64,000 bases of DNA from Aulosira sp. ZfuVER01 (GTDB lineage: Bacteria; Cyanobacteriota; Cyanobacteriia; Cyanobacteriales; Nostocaceae). The stretch's first letter is position 1. The number at the start of each line of letters is the position of its first letter. The notes under the pieces were generated by a model. The model was given only the letters and a program-made list of their open reading frames with translations, did no database searches and was not told the DNA's origin. Both the position numbers and the translations under genes were made by a program. This document shows, piece by piece, positions 51,147 to 60,654 of the stretch. Where the stretch lies: NCBI GenBank assembly GCA_034530615.2, contig JAVRCV020000009.1:1-64000 (forward strand), given 5' to 3'.

Positions 51147-53927
51147 TCAAGCTATCTGCACGAGTGAATCACTTGGAGACAAAACCTGCTTTTCCTCCTG
51201 TTGCAAAGGAATTTCAATCCAAAACTCTGTTCCTTTCCCTAATTCTGACTCACACCTGAGAACTCCATGATGTTTCTCTACAACAATTTGGTAGCTAATC
51301 GATAAACCCAGTCCTGTCCCTTTACCTACAGGCTTAGTCGTAAAAAATGGGTCAAATAGTTTCCCTTTTATCTCTTGTGTTAGTCCTGGGCCATTATCAG
51401 CAATTCTCACTATTACACGATTCTGGTTGGCAAGTTCGGTATGAATTATAATCTGACTGGGAGTTATGCAATTATCTTTTTGCCAATGCTGAATATTGTG
51501 ATTTTCAAGGGCATCGATAGCATTATTAATAATATTCATAAATACCTGATTGATTTGCCCTGGATAGCATTCTACTAAAGGTAAGTTACCATACTCTTTA
51601 ATAATTTCAATTCCTGCACATTCTGGTTTGGCTTTCAATCGATTTTGTAAAATTAGTAGTGTACTGTCAATACCTTCATGAATATCGACAGCTTTCATAT
51701 CTGCTTCATCTAAGCGTGAGAAGTTTCGTAAACTCAGAACAATCTCACGAATACGATTAGTGCCAATTTTCATAGAAGAAAGAAGTTTTGACAGGTCATC
51801 AACAATAAATTCTAAGTCTATTGTTTCCGAGAAATTCTGAATTTCTGCATCAGGATGGGGATAATGGTATTGATAAAGTTTTAGTAGCTCTAGCAAATCC
51901 TGAACATATTCGTCAGCAGGAGATAGATTACCATGAATAAAATTAATTGGATTATTAATTTCATGAGCCACCCCAGCCACTAACTGTCCTAAACTAGACA
52001 TTTTTTCTTGTTGAATTAGTTGAGATTGGGTTTCTTGTAATTTATGTAATGCTTCGGTGAGTTTTTCTGCATGAGTTTGAGCTGCTAAGGTAGCAGTGCG
52101 ACTTTGAGTATATAGTTGTGCATGGTCGATGGCAATTGCTAGTTGATCTGTAACAGCTTGTAGTAATCCAATTTCACTTTTACTCCATACACGTTCACCA
52201 CTACAATGGCTACAAACAATTGCTCCTAACTCTCCAGAATGACTTTTAACTGGTAGCAGCAGTTGAGAAGTAATGCCAAACTCAGTTAAGAGTTCTTGCA
52301 TATTTTGATCGAAATCACTATAAATATTGTGGATGCAAAATAGCTCTTGATTAAGCAAAGTTTGTGCTAAAAATGTACATTTTTGTAGCGGTATGATACC
52401 TAACATAGAGGGTAAGTCAGGCTGACGCGCTTCATGAGTAATAGTCAAACTTGCTTGAGAAGAATACGGTAAGTAGCGCAGAAAGTAGCAACGGTCAATT
52501 TGCAATAAGCTACGGATTTCATTGACAGCAGTTTCCAAAATAGTATCGAGTTCCAAAGAACTACGGATTTGGCTGGCTAAACTTAGCAGTAAGGCTTCCC
52601 GACGGCTGAGTAGTTGTTCTCTAGCCCAAATTCTGTCAATAGCCACAGCAATATTATTAGCAATCCAATTTAATAAATTATGAGTTGCTTCGGTCAAAAC
52701 TTGCTTGTAAAATAAGGCTATTATGCCAATCAATTCTTGTTCTACTATCAAAGGATAAGCAGAAAAATTCAATATAGAAAATGTAGTATCAAGAATTCTC
52801 TCTTGATAATTAGTTTTAATTTCTTGATTGACAATAGGTTGATGGTTGTTTGTGATTATGTCAATAACTTTATTAACTACAACCATCTGATTAGGAAAAT
52901 CTTGAATAGTGCTTAAGGTATTACACTGAGTATCTGTACAATTAACACCTGCTTGGAATTGAAGGTTTGTGTTCTGTTGATCGCAAGTCCAGATACCGAC
53001 AAAGGCAACATCAAGATATTGCGATATAGTATTTGTACAGTGTTGAATAATTTCTACAAGCGTACCGCTTTGAGATAAAGCTAAACTAACTTCTGCACTT
53101 AATAAAGATAGGCGCGATCGCTCTAAAATAGCTAACTCGGAAAGCTTACGCTGAGTAATATCTGTACGAATCGCTACATATTGTTCTGGTTTCCCTTCGG
53201 GTGACAATGTTGGTACTATCAGAGTGTCTACCCAATAAAAAGAGCCATCCTTGGCTTTATTTTTAAGTTCTCCTCGCCAAATTTTTCCTTGAGTAATAGT
53301 TCTCCATAATTGCTCAAAAACTTCTTTGGGATGATAACCAGAATTGATAATCCGATGGTCTTGACCTAACAGTTCATCTTTCGAGTATTTAGAAACCTCG
53401 CAAAATTTGTCATTAGCATAAGTTATTTGCCCTTTCTTATTAGTAATTGCTACGAGTGAATGAGCATTTAATGCAAACTTTAGAGTTTCTAATTCTTGAA
53501 TAGAACTTTTTAATCTTATTTCATTTTCTTTATTAAGCGTAATATCACGAGCTACGGCATAAATCAGATTTTCTTTATCGAAATAAGTTGCATTCCATGA
53601 CAACCATTTGTAAGAACTGTCAGCACAGATATAGCGATTTTCAAAGGAAATAACGTCTCCAGAACTAACAAGTTTTTGAGCTACTAAAGTAGTATTTTCG
53701 CGGTCTTCTGGGTGAATAAAGTCAATAAATGGTTTGCTTAATAGCTCTTGATATGACCAGCCTAGAGTTTTTATCCAAGCTGGGTTTAACTGCTTAAAAT
53801 AGCCATCACAGCCAGCAATACAAAGTAAATCTAAGGAAAGTGAAAAAAATCGTGAGTATTGTTCTTCTGATTGTCTTATCATTTTTAAATTCTCTGTATT
53901 GAGATTATAAAATTTGCAATTATTCAT
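51147..53927 (-). CDS. PAS-PAS-GAF-GAF sensor histidine kinase
   Basis: HPED and W.GE..N..KDG..YWV PAS/PAC motifs, GAF regions, AHEINNP, GTGLGL. Confidence 0.92.
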   Translation of the reverse strand: MNNCKFYNLNTENLKMIRQSEEQYSRFFSLSLDLLCIAGCDGYFKQLNPAWIKTLGWSYQELLSKPFIDFIHPEDRENTTLVAQKLVSSGDVISFENRYICADSSYKWLSWNATYFDKENLIYAVARDITLNKENEIRLKSSIQELETLKFALNAHSLVAITNKKGQITYANDKFCEVSKYSKDELLGQDHRIINSGYHPKEVFEQLWRTITQGKIWRGELKNKAKDGSFYWVDTLIVPTLSPEGKPEQYVAIRTDITQRKLSELAILERSRLSLLSAEVSLALSQSGTLVEIIQHCTNTISQYLDVAFVGIWTCDQQNTNLQFQAGVNCTDTQCNTLSTIQDFPNQMVVVNKVIDIITNNHQPIVNQEIKTNYQERILDTTFSILNFSAYPLIVEQELIGIIALFYKQVLTEATHNLLNWIANNIAVAIDRIWAREQLLSRREALLLSLASQIRSSLELDTILETAVNEIRSLLQIDRCYFLRYLPYSSQASLTITHEARQPDLPSMLGIIPLQKCTFLAQTLLNQELFCIHNIYSDFDQNMQELLTEFGITSQLLLPVKSHSGELGAIVCSHCSGERVWSKSEIGLLQAVTDQLAIAIDHAQLYTQSRTATLAAQTHAEKLTEALHKLQETQSQLIQQEKMSSLGQLVAGVAHEINNPINFIHGNLSPADEYVQDLLELLKLYQYHYPHPDAEIQNFSETIDLEFIVDDLSKLLSSMKIGTNRIREIVLSLRNFSRLDEADMKAVDIHEGIDSTLLILQNRLKAKPECAGIEIIKEYGNLPLVECYPGQINQVFMNIINNAIDALENHNIQHWQKDNCITPSQIIIHTELANQNRVIVRIADNGPGLTQEIKGKLFDPFFTTKPVGKGTGLGLSISYQIVVEKHHGVLRCESELGKGTEFWIEIPLQQEEKQVLSPSDSLVQIA

Positions 53928-54412
53928 ACATGAGGAGTTAATATTTTTTTAGAGCTTCACCAGCCTTATTTATGAGAAAATTGCTTATACTACCAATCAC
54001 ACAATAATTTTGATTTTGGATTTAAAATGGACTAGCTGGCTTTTCAACCAATGTTCCATTACATATATATAGATTTCCCTGAAAAACTAAAAAGTAAACG
54101 TTAAACGTGGGAAATTTAAAATAAGAAGTATTAAGCAATATAGCTTTAGCTTGAATTGGCAAGAGTTCCAAGCTTTGATAGCGGAAAGTACATACTCAAT
54201 AAATGTAACTTTAAATAAAGCGATCGCAGTTAATCTTCAAGGCCAACTAATAGCGAAATTAGCCGTTTCACACGTTTAACTATATCAACCTAGCAAAATA
54301 AGTCTTAGCTGAATTTTTATTCAGTTATTGAATGTTGAACTGTATTAATTTAATCAACAATACTGTGGAAAATTCGGTAACTTTCTAATCATAAATATTG
54401 TTGTGTCCGTAA

Positions 54413-55588
54413 TTATGCGATACTTCCTCGCTTTCTAGCTTCTTTGTAAGAAGTTCCGACATTTTTCAAACCGGCTCTAATCATTTGCTTTTCTAAGAGC
54501 GCAAAAAAGCGTGCTTTATCGCCACCACGCACTACTGCCTGATTATGTGCTTCTGCGATCGCTACTGGATAACCATATCCTTTTTGCACCTGTGCCAGCA
54601 TCAGTCCTAGGGCTTGGTCAAACATAGCTGTATTTTCTGCTACCCATTGTGGAACTTCTATCCGTGCAATTTCGGTGCCTACATGGATATAGCAAAAGTA
54701 GATAGTTTGTCCTTCATACAAATCTAAAATCCTAGCATTGCTGCGCCACAATGGGCCGCGCTGTCCTGGTTTGAGTTGAGTTGCCCAAAGGGAAGTATCG
54801 CGCAAAGGTTCAAAGATTTTACAAGGCACTTTTTCTAATTGATTAGGGCAATAACTTATACAGTCGGGTACTGGATGAGGACAAGCTAACAAGCGTAAAA
54901 AGTTCATGCCTTCGACATTACGAGAGGCACTAAGATAACCCATTAGGGGAATTTGCGCATCACGCATCTGCTGCCAAGCCTCCAAAATGGGTGGTAAGAT
55001 GCGATCGCGGGCATCAATCGGCAACTGTTCCAAAAACCAGTAAATTAAGGAACCATCTACCATTGCTAGGGTTGGCGCTTCTGTTTTCACAGCACAAGCT
55101 AGTTCTGCTAACACCATTGCTTCACTAGCAGTACGGCGATAACCCATCCATTCCTCAGTTCTAATTCCCCACTGCCGAGACATATATAAATCTTCTGGGC
55201 GGTAAAATACTTCTGGCAAACTATCTAGGAGTGGGTGGAGGTTTTGTCCGTAGTGTAAGACGACTCTGCCAATATTTAGCAAATAGCAGTAAGCAATTTC
55301 GTGGTGGTTAGGCGCAATTTGGGAACCATCTGTGGCAATGACAGTATGAATTTTCGGGGGAACTGGGATATCAATGCAAGTTTCTAGGGGTTCAATGGGT
55401 GTAGCATTAGCAAAGAGAATGCGATCGCGCCATTTTTCCTGACGGTCGATTAAATCTTTTTGAGATGCGTAAGCATTTTTGAGATGTTGTTGCGCTAATT
55501 CTAAACGCTGGCGACTCGCAGCAGCTTCTACAGTAAGATGCTGGCTTAAACCTTGCATTTGCCGCGCTAGTTTTGTGAGGTCAAGCAT
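54413..55588 (-). CDS. nurA: NurA-domain nuclease
   Basis: ATDGSQ, MVDGSL, GYP....AH..A motifs. Confidence 0.85.
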   Translation of the reverse strand: MLDLTKLARQMQGLSQHLTVEAAASRQRLELAQQHLKNAYASQKDLIDRQEKWRDRILFANATPIEPLETCIDIPVPPKIHTVIATDGSQIAPNHHEIAYCYLLNIGRVVLHYGQNLHPLLDSLPEVFYRPEDLYMSRQWGIRTEEWMGYRRTASEAMVLAELACAVKTEAPTLAMVDGSLIYWFLEQLPIDARDRILPPILEAWQQMRDAQIPLMGYLSASRNVEGMNFLRLLACPHPVPDCISYCPNQLEKVPCKIFEPLRDTSLWATQLKPGQRGPLWRSNARILDLYEGQTIYFCYIHVGTEIARIEVPQWVAENTAMFDQALGLMLAQVQKGYGYPVAIAEAHNQAVVRGGDKARFFALLEKQMIRAGLKNVGTSYKEARKRGSIA

Positions 55589-55715
55589 AGGATTTTAGAT
55601 TTAATTTTAAACGAAAAATTGAATATACAAAAACCCTCGCGATACAAGGGTTAGCTCTAAGAGTATGATATTTTTGCGTTTAGACAAGCTGACTTCAATG
55701 GTAAGCTTTAGCTGT

Positions 55716-56501
55716 TTAATACCAAACAGAAAAATCTTGAGCAAATTGAGAAAGTGATAATAGCTGAATTTGCTGGTTATTTTGGGCAGTTTCCCGATCG
55801 TGTTGGGTATTATAGCCCCAGTCTCCTAGGAATAGTTTCACATCTGTAAGGTCTGGTTGCTGTTGAACTAACTGCAATGTTTTGAGTCTATCTTCCACAA
55901 ACCAGAGACTCACTGGTTTTTGCGCTGCTGTCTGGATTAATTCTCGCAGGATTTCATATTTAGGACGCTTTTCTTCTTTCCCAAAAATCGCTTTTGGTGG
56001 TAAATCTACACCTTCTTGTTGCAATAGTTGCTGAACAAAGCGCCCTTCTTTGGTTGTAACGATGTATAAATTGACAGTACTGGCAACAATTGCTTTGATT
56101 TTGCCTATCACACCTGGATAAAATCTATGCAGACTTAACCATCCATCTAAATCTGTAGCTATCCATTTATCTCGCAAATTATCTAGGTTTGCAGCAATTT
56201 CTCGTGCTTGTAGCTTGTGGTCTAACAAAATTTGTGGGGCAATAGTTACCCATTCATGAAGAATCTTTTCGTCAGAAATCCCATCTACCAAAGCTTTGAT
56301 TAAAACTGGCATTTCCCAACCTGTTTCAATAACAGGCCGCAGCCGATAAAATCTCGAAGCTAAATTATCGGTGGGTGTATTGTTAGCAGGCGACCAAAGT
56401 TGACAATAGGTGCGCCATGCTACCTCAAAATATTCAATTAATCCATCGCAAATCACTCCATCAAAGTCTAGGGCTAAAATTGTCGGGCTACTTGCGGTCA
56501 T
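55716..56501 (-). CDS. HAD-like hydrolase
   Basis: DFDGV.CD, VTTK, FVEDR..TL, WGYN. Confidence 0.88.
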   Translation of the reverse strand: MTASSPTILALDFDGVICDGLIEYFEVAWRTYCQLWSPANNTPTDNLASRFYRLRPVIETGWEMPVLIKALVDGISDEKILHEWVTIAPQILLDHKLQAREIAANLDNLRDKWIATDLDGWLSLHRFYPGVIGKIKAIVASTVNLYIVTTKEGRFVQQLLQQEGVDLPPKAIFGKEEKRPKYEILRELIQTAAQKPVSLWFVEDRLKTLQLVQQQPDLTDVKLFLGDWGYNTQHDRETAQNNQQIQLLSLSQFAQDFSVWY

Positions 56502-56567
56502 GGTTTTGAGGATGAAAACTGCTTTGGCTAGCTTATCCGATCCTGCAAATCTTTTTCTGTATCAGCG

Positions 56568-56765
56568 CTAGTTTTCCGATTTATCTGAGTATTCCAAAGC
56601 TTCTTGCTCAACATCCTTTGAAACGAGAATATCTAGCGCATCTTGGTCTGCCATTTCAATAATTGCTGCTACATATTGTCGTACCTGTTCAGCAACATCA
56701 GGCTGCCACTGACGCAATTTTGTGTCTAAGGTTTCCACTAAAGCGTCCATCGATACCTCTACCAT
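56568..56765 (-). CDS. Small acidic hypothetical protein
   Basis: 65-aa ORF, helical; GAGGT precedes the internal ATG at 56750. Confidence 0.6.
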   Translation of the reverse strand: MVEVSMDALVETLDTKLRQWQPDVAEQVRQYVAAIIEMADQDALDILVSKDVEQEALEYSDKSEN

Positions 56766-57301
56766 TAATGATTGTGGTGTCTAGTACCATGTTAGATTAT
56801 CTGTGCTAGAGGTTGCCGAAAAAGTATTCTGCTCAACATCAAATTATCTCAAACGTAAACTCCCAAACCCCTTGGCTGCAAAGAAAAAGAGATATTTACA
56901 AGTTTACTCTTATCAAAAAAATAGAGGTTATAAAATAAATATACGAGTATATTTTATAACTTTAAAAAGTATTTTTTAGTTATACTGTGTGTTCTTTAGT
57001 TGACTTTCCTAACACTAGTTTTTTCCGATTAAGAGTAAATATAATGTCACTAGAAATAAATAATAATGCCAACACAAATTATCCGGAAAATAATAAAATA
57101 ATTTTAGATACTGAAAAATAAGTTTTAAAAGTAACAAATATATATACGTTTTATTACTTAAATTACACTGAGGAATACTCTGGTTAAGTCTTCTACAGCA
57201 GAAGAGTAGTGTAAACTACCATATCTATGCTCAATGCTTTTGCATAAAAATACAGAGTGGCACGCTAGGAAAAACTAAGATATTGTGTTATTTGCGTAAT
57301 A

Positions 57302-57414
57302 ATCGGTTTTAGTGGAGAACAGCCGCTAAAGGTAATGGGAAAACTTGGGTATGAATTCGAGTTTCACAAAGAAAACAGTTGCTAAAGCAAGCCCTAGCCG
57401 GAATGCCCGCCGAT
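57302..57414 (+). ncRNA. Cobalamin-riboswitch-like leader (variant or degenerate core)
   Basis: ATCGGT...TTTAGTGG/CCGCTAAA stem, GGTAATGGGAA, AAACTTGG/TCGAGTTT stem, AGCCGGAATGCCCGCCGAT; upstream of cbtB; lacks the CCCGCAACTG block. Confidence 0.65.
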
Positions 57415-57445
57415 GCGTTAACTGTTCTAAATTCATGCGAGGTAT

Positions 57446-57640
57446 ATGATGACTACTCAGACTCATCCTTCAGTGTTGCAAAAGACGGCAAGCTTGACTT
57501 TATCAAAGCCTGTACAGGCAACACTTTTCGTTTCGCTATGTTCGTTGACACTCTGGACTGTTTATTTTACGACTTATCCAGCAGTTCACGATCGCGTACA
57601 CAATCCCCGTCACCACACTTTACTGGTTCCTTGCCACTAA
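57446..57640 (+). CDS. cbtB: CbtB-family small cobalt transporter subunit
   Basis: One TM helix then HD..H..RH.....CH C-terminus; GAGGT RBS. Confidence 0.85.
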   Translation: MMTTQTHPSVLQKTASLTLSKPVQATLFVSLCSLTLWTVYFTTYPAVHDRVHNPRHHTLLVPCH

Positions 57641-57818
57641 ACAGTTAGCAACTGTTTTTCAACCCCCATTCCTGCTGGGAGTGGGGGGATCGGCTGCATG
57701 ACGATCCAGCGCTCAAGATTTCCCACTATCGACCGAACAATACAGTACATGAAAACTTGCACGCTGGGTCAATCAAGTTTAATAAGCTCCTTGAGTACTG
57801 TAGAAATCCATAGTCACA

Positions 57819-59009
57819 ATGTCGAAATTTAAGCTTTATACACTCATCAGTGCAATTTGTATGATGAGTGTAGTTTTTTATAGTTTTAAGGGCTTCTCCC
57901 AGTCGCCGCAACCGAGTGTACGACTAATTAGCCCTACGCCATCAAGTCACATAATACCTTTTGAAGCTGAAGCCAGTACGCCCCAATCTCCGGTAAAATT
58001 AGCGCTGCAAGCACAAGATTCCACAGGTAAAGCATTAGAAAACGCTAAATTTAGCCTGCAAATTTTCACGCCACCTGCAACCCCTTGGTTCACAACAGAT
58101 TTTCCCGTAGTGGAAGGAACCAAGCTACTAGATATAGAAACTATCGCCCCTAAAGGCCAGCTAGAATTCCAACAAATGCTGCCAATTCGGGGAAATTACC
58201 AACTCAAAGTGAATGTTACCCCAGTAGTAGCTAATGCCTTTACTCCAATTGAGCAAACCCTGACATTACCAGTGGCAGAGAATTGGGTAAAATATCGTAA
58301 TTTTGCAATTCTTGCTGTATTTTTGTTACTCGTTGGACTAGGTGGTGGTTGGGTAATTGGCGGACGAGGTGCGATCGCACCAGGAGAAATGGCACCGCAG
58401 CGAGTGCGATTATTATTGAGTGGGTTAATTGTAGTTGCGATCGCAGCTCTACTATTCGTCAATATTAGTGCGGAAGTTGCCCAATCAGAGAGTTCAGGGC
58501 ACGCACATAACCACGATCATCACCATCATGGATCGGCAACCGCAACGCAAGTTGATAACTCTGGCATTGTTCGCCAACAGGGTTTACAGGCACAATTGTT
58601 GGGAGATGATAGCGCCACCGTCGGGAAACCTGCTGCTTTACAAGTAAAAATCATCGACGAAAAAACAAATCAGCCAGTTCAAGACGTACTCTTAAATATT
58701 AAAACCACCCAGCTTGAGGATGGATGGGTTGCTTTTGCACACAAAGATGTTCCCAATTCCACAGGACAATTTGCCTGGGAACAACAATTTTTTGATGGCG
58801 CACCCCACAAATTAGAGGTGGAAATTGCGCCTCAACCCAATGCTTCCCGGCAATTTACGCCGTTTCAAGTACAAAAACAAATAGATGTGGAAGGAGTTGC
58901 ACCGCCGTTCTCAGTGCGGTTCATTAGTTTGGCTTACATGACAGCTTTTGTGATTGTCGGCTTGTTAATAGGATTGCAACTAAAACGGAACTTGGCTTTG
59001 CACAGTTAA
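57819..59009 (+). CDS. Hypothetical membrane protein with His-rich linker, putative metal binding
   Basis: N-terminal signal/TM, two beta-rich domains, 3 further TMs, HAHNHDHHHH tract. Confidence 0.75.
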   Translation: MSKFKLYTLISAICMMSVVFYSFKGFSQSPQPSVRLISPTPSSHIIPFEAEASTPQSPVKLALQAQDSTGKALENAKFSLQIFTPPATPWFTTDFPVVEGTKLLDIETIAPKGQLEFQQMLPIRGNYQLKVNVTPVVANAFTPIEQTLTLPVAENWVKYRNFAILAVFLLLVGLGGGWVIGGRGAIAPGEMAPQRVRLLLSGLIVVAIAALLFVNISAEVAQSESSGHAHNHDHHHHGSATATQVDNSGIVRQQGLQAQLLGDDSATVGKPAALQVKIIDEKTNQPVQDVLLNIKTTQLEDGWVAFAHKDVPNSTGQFAWEQQFFDGAPHKLEVEIAPQPNASRQFTPFQVQKQIDVEGVAPPFSVRFISLAYMTAFVIVGLLIGLQLKRNLALHS

Positions 59010-59044
59010 TAGCGGTTGGACTCATGTCACCATTCTAACTGGCG

Positions 59045-59078
59045 AGATCCCCGACTTCTTGGAAGAAGTCGGGGATCT
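59045..59078. repeat. Palindromic dispersed repeat / terminator
   Basis: AGATCCCCGACTTCTT-GG-AAGAAGTCGGGGATCT, 16-bp perfect arms. Confidence 0.85.
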
Positions 59079-59084
59079 AATTTT

Positions 59085-60410
59085 TCAGTACAGCAACGCG
59101 GAAATAGTTTGCAATAGTAGCCAAACATTTAAGCTACCAATAACAATCGCTACTAGCCAGGATAAAATCTTCAACCATAAAGGATTAACAAACTCACCCA
59201 TTAAGCGGCGGTTACTTGTAAAAATTACCAAAGGCACAACTGCAAATGATAGTTGTAAACTCAAAATAACTTGACTAAAAATTAGTAAACTGCTTGTACT
59301 TTTTTCACCAAAAAATATAATTGCAATTAATGCCGGGATAATCGCAATTAGTCTAGTAATCAACCGACGCAACCAAGGTTTTAAGCGCAAATTGAGAAAT
59401 CCTTCCATGACAATTTGCCCTGCTAAGGTTGCAGTGAGGGTTGAACTTTGCCCAGAAGCTAGTAATGCTAAAGCAAAAATTGCACTTGCTGCATTCACAC
59501 CCAATACGGGAGAGAGTAATTTATAAGCATCTTGAATTTCTGCTACATCGTGATAACCAGAAAAATGGAAAGTGGCAGCAGACACAATCAAAATTGCTGA
59601 GTTGATAAATAATGCGAAAAATAAAGCTACTGTTGAATCAATTGTGCTGAAATTAATGGCTTCCCATTTCTTTTCAGACGTTGCTTCCCAATTTCTCGTC
59701 TGCACAATTGATGAGTGTAGATATAAGTTGTGTGGCATTACTGTTGCCCCTAAAATGCCAATGGCAATGTAGAGCATTTCTGGATTCTGTACAATTTCTA
59801 TTCTGGGAACATAACCTAATAAAATACCCCCAAAGTTAGGGCGCGAAAAGATGATTTCTGCTAGAAAGCAGAGTCCAACAGTTGCTACTAACATGATTAC
59901 CAAAGCTTCTGTATAACGAAAACCTTTGCGTTGTAGCAGCAGCAGTACAATTACATCTAGCGCCGTTATACATACGCCCCAACTCAGGGGAATGCCAAAA
60001 AGAAGTTGCAGTGCGATCGCACTCCCCAAAACTTCCGCTAAGTCGCAAGCTGCGATCGCTATTTCACAAAGTACCCATAAGCAAAAGTTCACACGCGGAC
60101 TGAAGTAGTCCCGACAAGCTTGTGCTAAATCTCGCCCTGTTGCTACCCCCAACCGCACACACAGCGATTGCATTAAAATCGCCATCAAATTGGAAAGCAT
60201 GATTACTGTTAGTAATGCATAACCGAATTTAGCACCCCCAGCCAAGTCAGTCGCCCAATTACCAGGGTCCATATATCCTACTGACACAAGATATCCTGGG
60301 CCTGCATAAGCCAACATCTTGCGCCAGATGTTTTTGGTGTTAGGAATCGCTATACTGCGATGAACCTCAGGTAAACTGGGCTTCCTGTCCTGATTTTCGG
60401 GAAAAGGCAT
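59085..60410 (-). CDS. mntH: Nramp Mn2+ transporter
   Basis: DPGN, MPHNLYLHS, GQSST.T.T.AGQ.VMEGF motifs. Confidence 0.95.
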   Translation of the reverse strand: MPFPENQDRKPSLPEVHRSIAIPNTKNIWRKMLAYAGPGYLVSVGYMDPGNWATDLAGGAKFGYALLTVIMLSNLMAILMQSLCVRLGVATGRDLAQACRDYFSPRVNFCLWVLCEIAIAACDLAEVLGSAIALQLLFGIPLSWGVCITALDVIVLLLLQRKGFRYTEALVIMLVATVGLCFLAEIIFSRPNFGGILLGYVPRIEIVQNPEMLYIAIGILGATVMPHNLYLHSSIVQTRNWEATSEKKWEAINFSTIDSTVALFFALFINSAILIVSAATFHFSGYHDVAEIQDAYKLLSPVLGVNAASAIFALALLASGQSSTLTATLAGQIVMEGFLNLRLKPWLRRLITRLIAIIPALIAIIFFGEKSTSSLLIFSQVILSLQLSFAVVPLVIFTSNRRLMGEFVNPLWLKILSWLVAIVIGSLNVWLLLQTISALLY

Positions 60411-60427
60411 TCGTTAATACTCTCAGT

Positions 60428-60446
60428 TTTTCATAATCTTCTCATA
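60428..60446 (-). promoter_or_regulatory. ManR binding site
   Basis: Minus strand TATGAGAA-GAT-TATGAAAA direct repeat just upstream of mntH, matching the ManR box as I recall it from Anabaena. Confidence 0.75.
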
Positions 60447-60605
60447 ATTATATGAAACACTGATAAATTTAACTACATTCGTAAGGCTATAAATCTTAAC
60501 TATCACTAAAAATTAGGGGAAAATTTCAACTATCAACTCAATTTTCTGATTGATATAGATTCTCATTCTTAAATTTTAAACTTGTAAAAACTGCTTTTTT
60601 TTATT

Positions 60606-60629
60606 ACATTTGAACGAGAACTCATATAT
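60606..60629. promoter_or_regulatory. SmtB/ZiaR-type operator
   Basis: ACATTTGAACGAGAACTCATATAT, TGA-N8-TCA core as in the smtA operator. Confidence 0.65.
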
Positions 60630-60654
60630 CTAATAAATTACTTTTTTGAACGTA

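Noticed and set aside
54413..55588. NurA as part of a defence system
   Set aside because: No HerA or defence partner adjacent; context looks like housekeeping
57206..57219. NtcA site GTA-N8-TAC
   Set aside because: Short motif with no properly spaced -10 box; expected by chance
57379..57648. 89-aa ORF overlapping cbtB
   Set aside because: Alternative frame starting at TTG inside the RNA leader; the CbtB frame has the RBS and family motif
57688..57775. NiCo riboswitch on the minus strand (GTCATGCAGCCG resemblance)
   Set aside because: Only a short match, wrong orientation for the adjacent genes, and no four-way junction could be built
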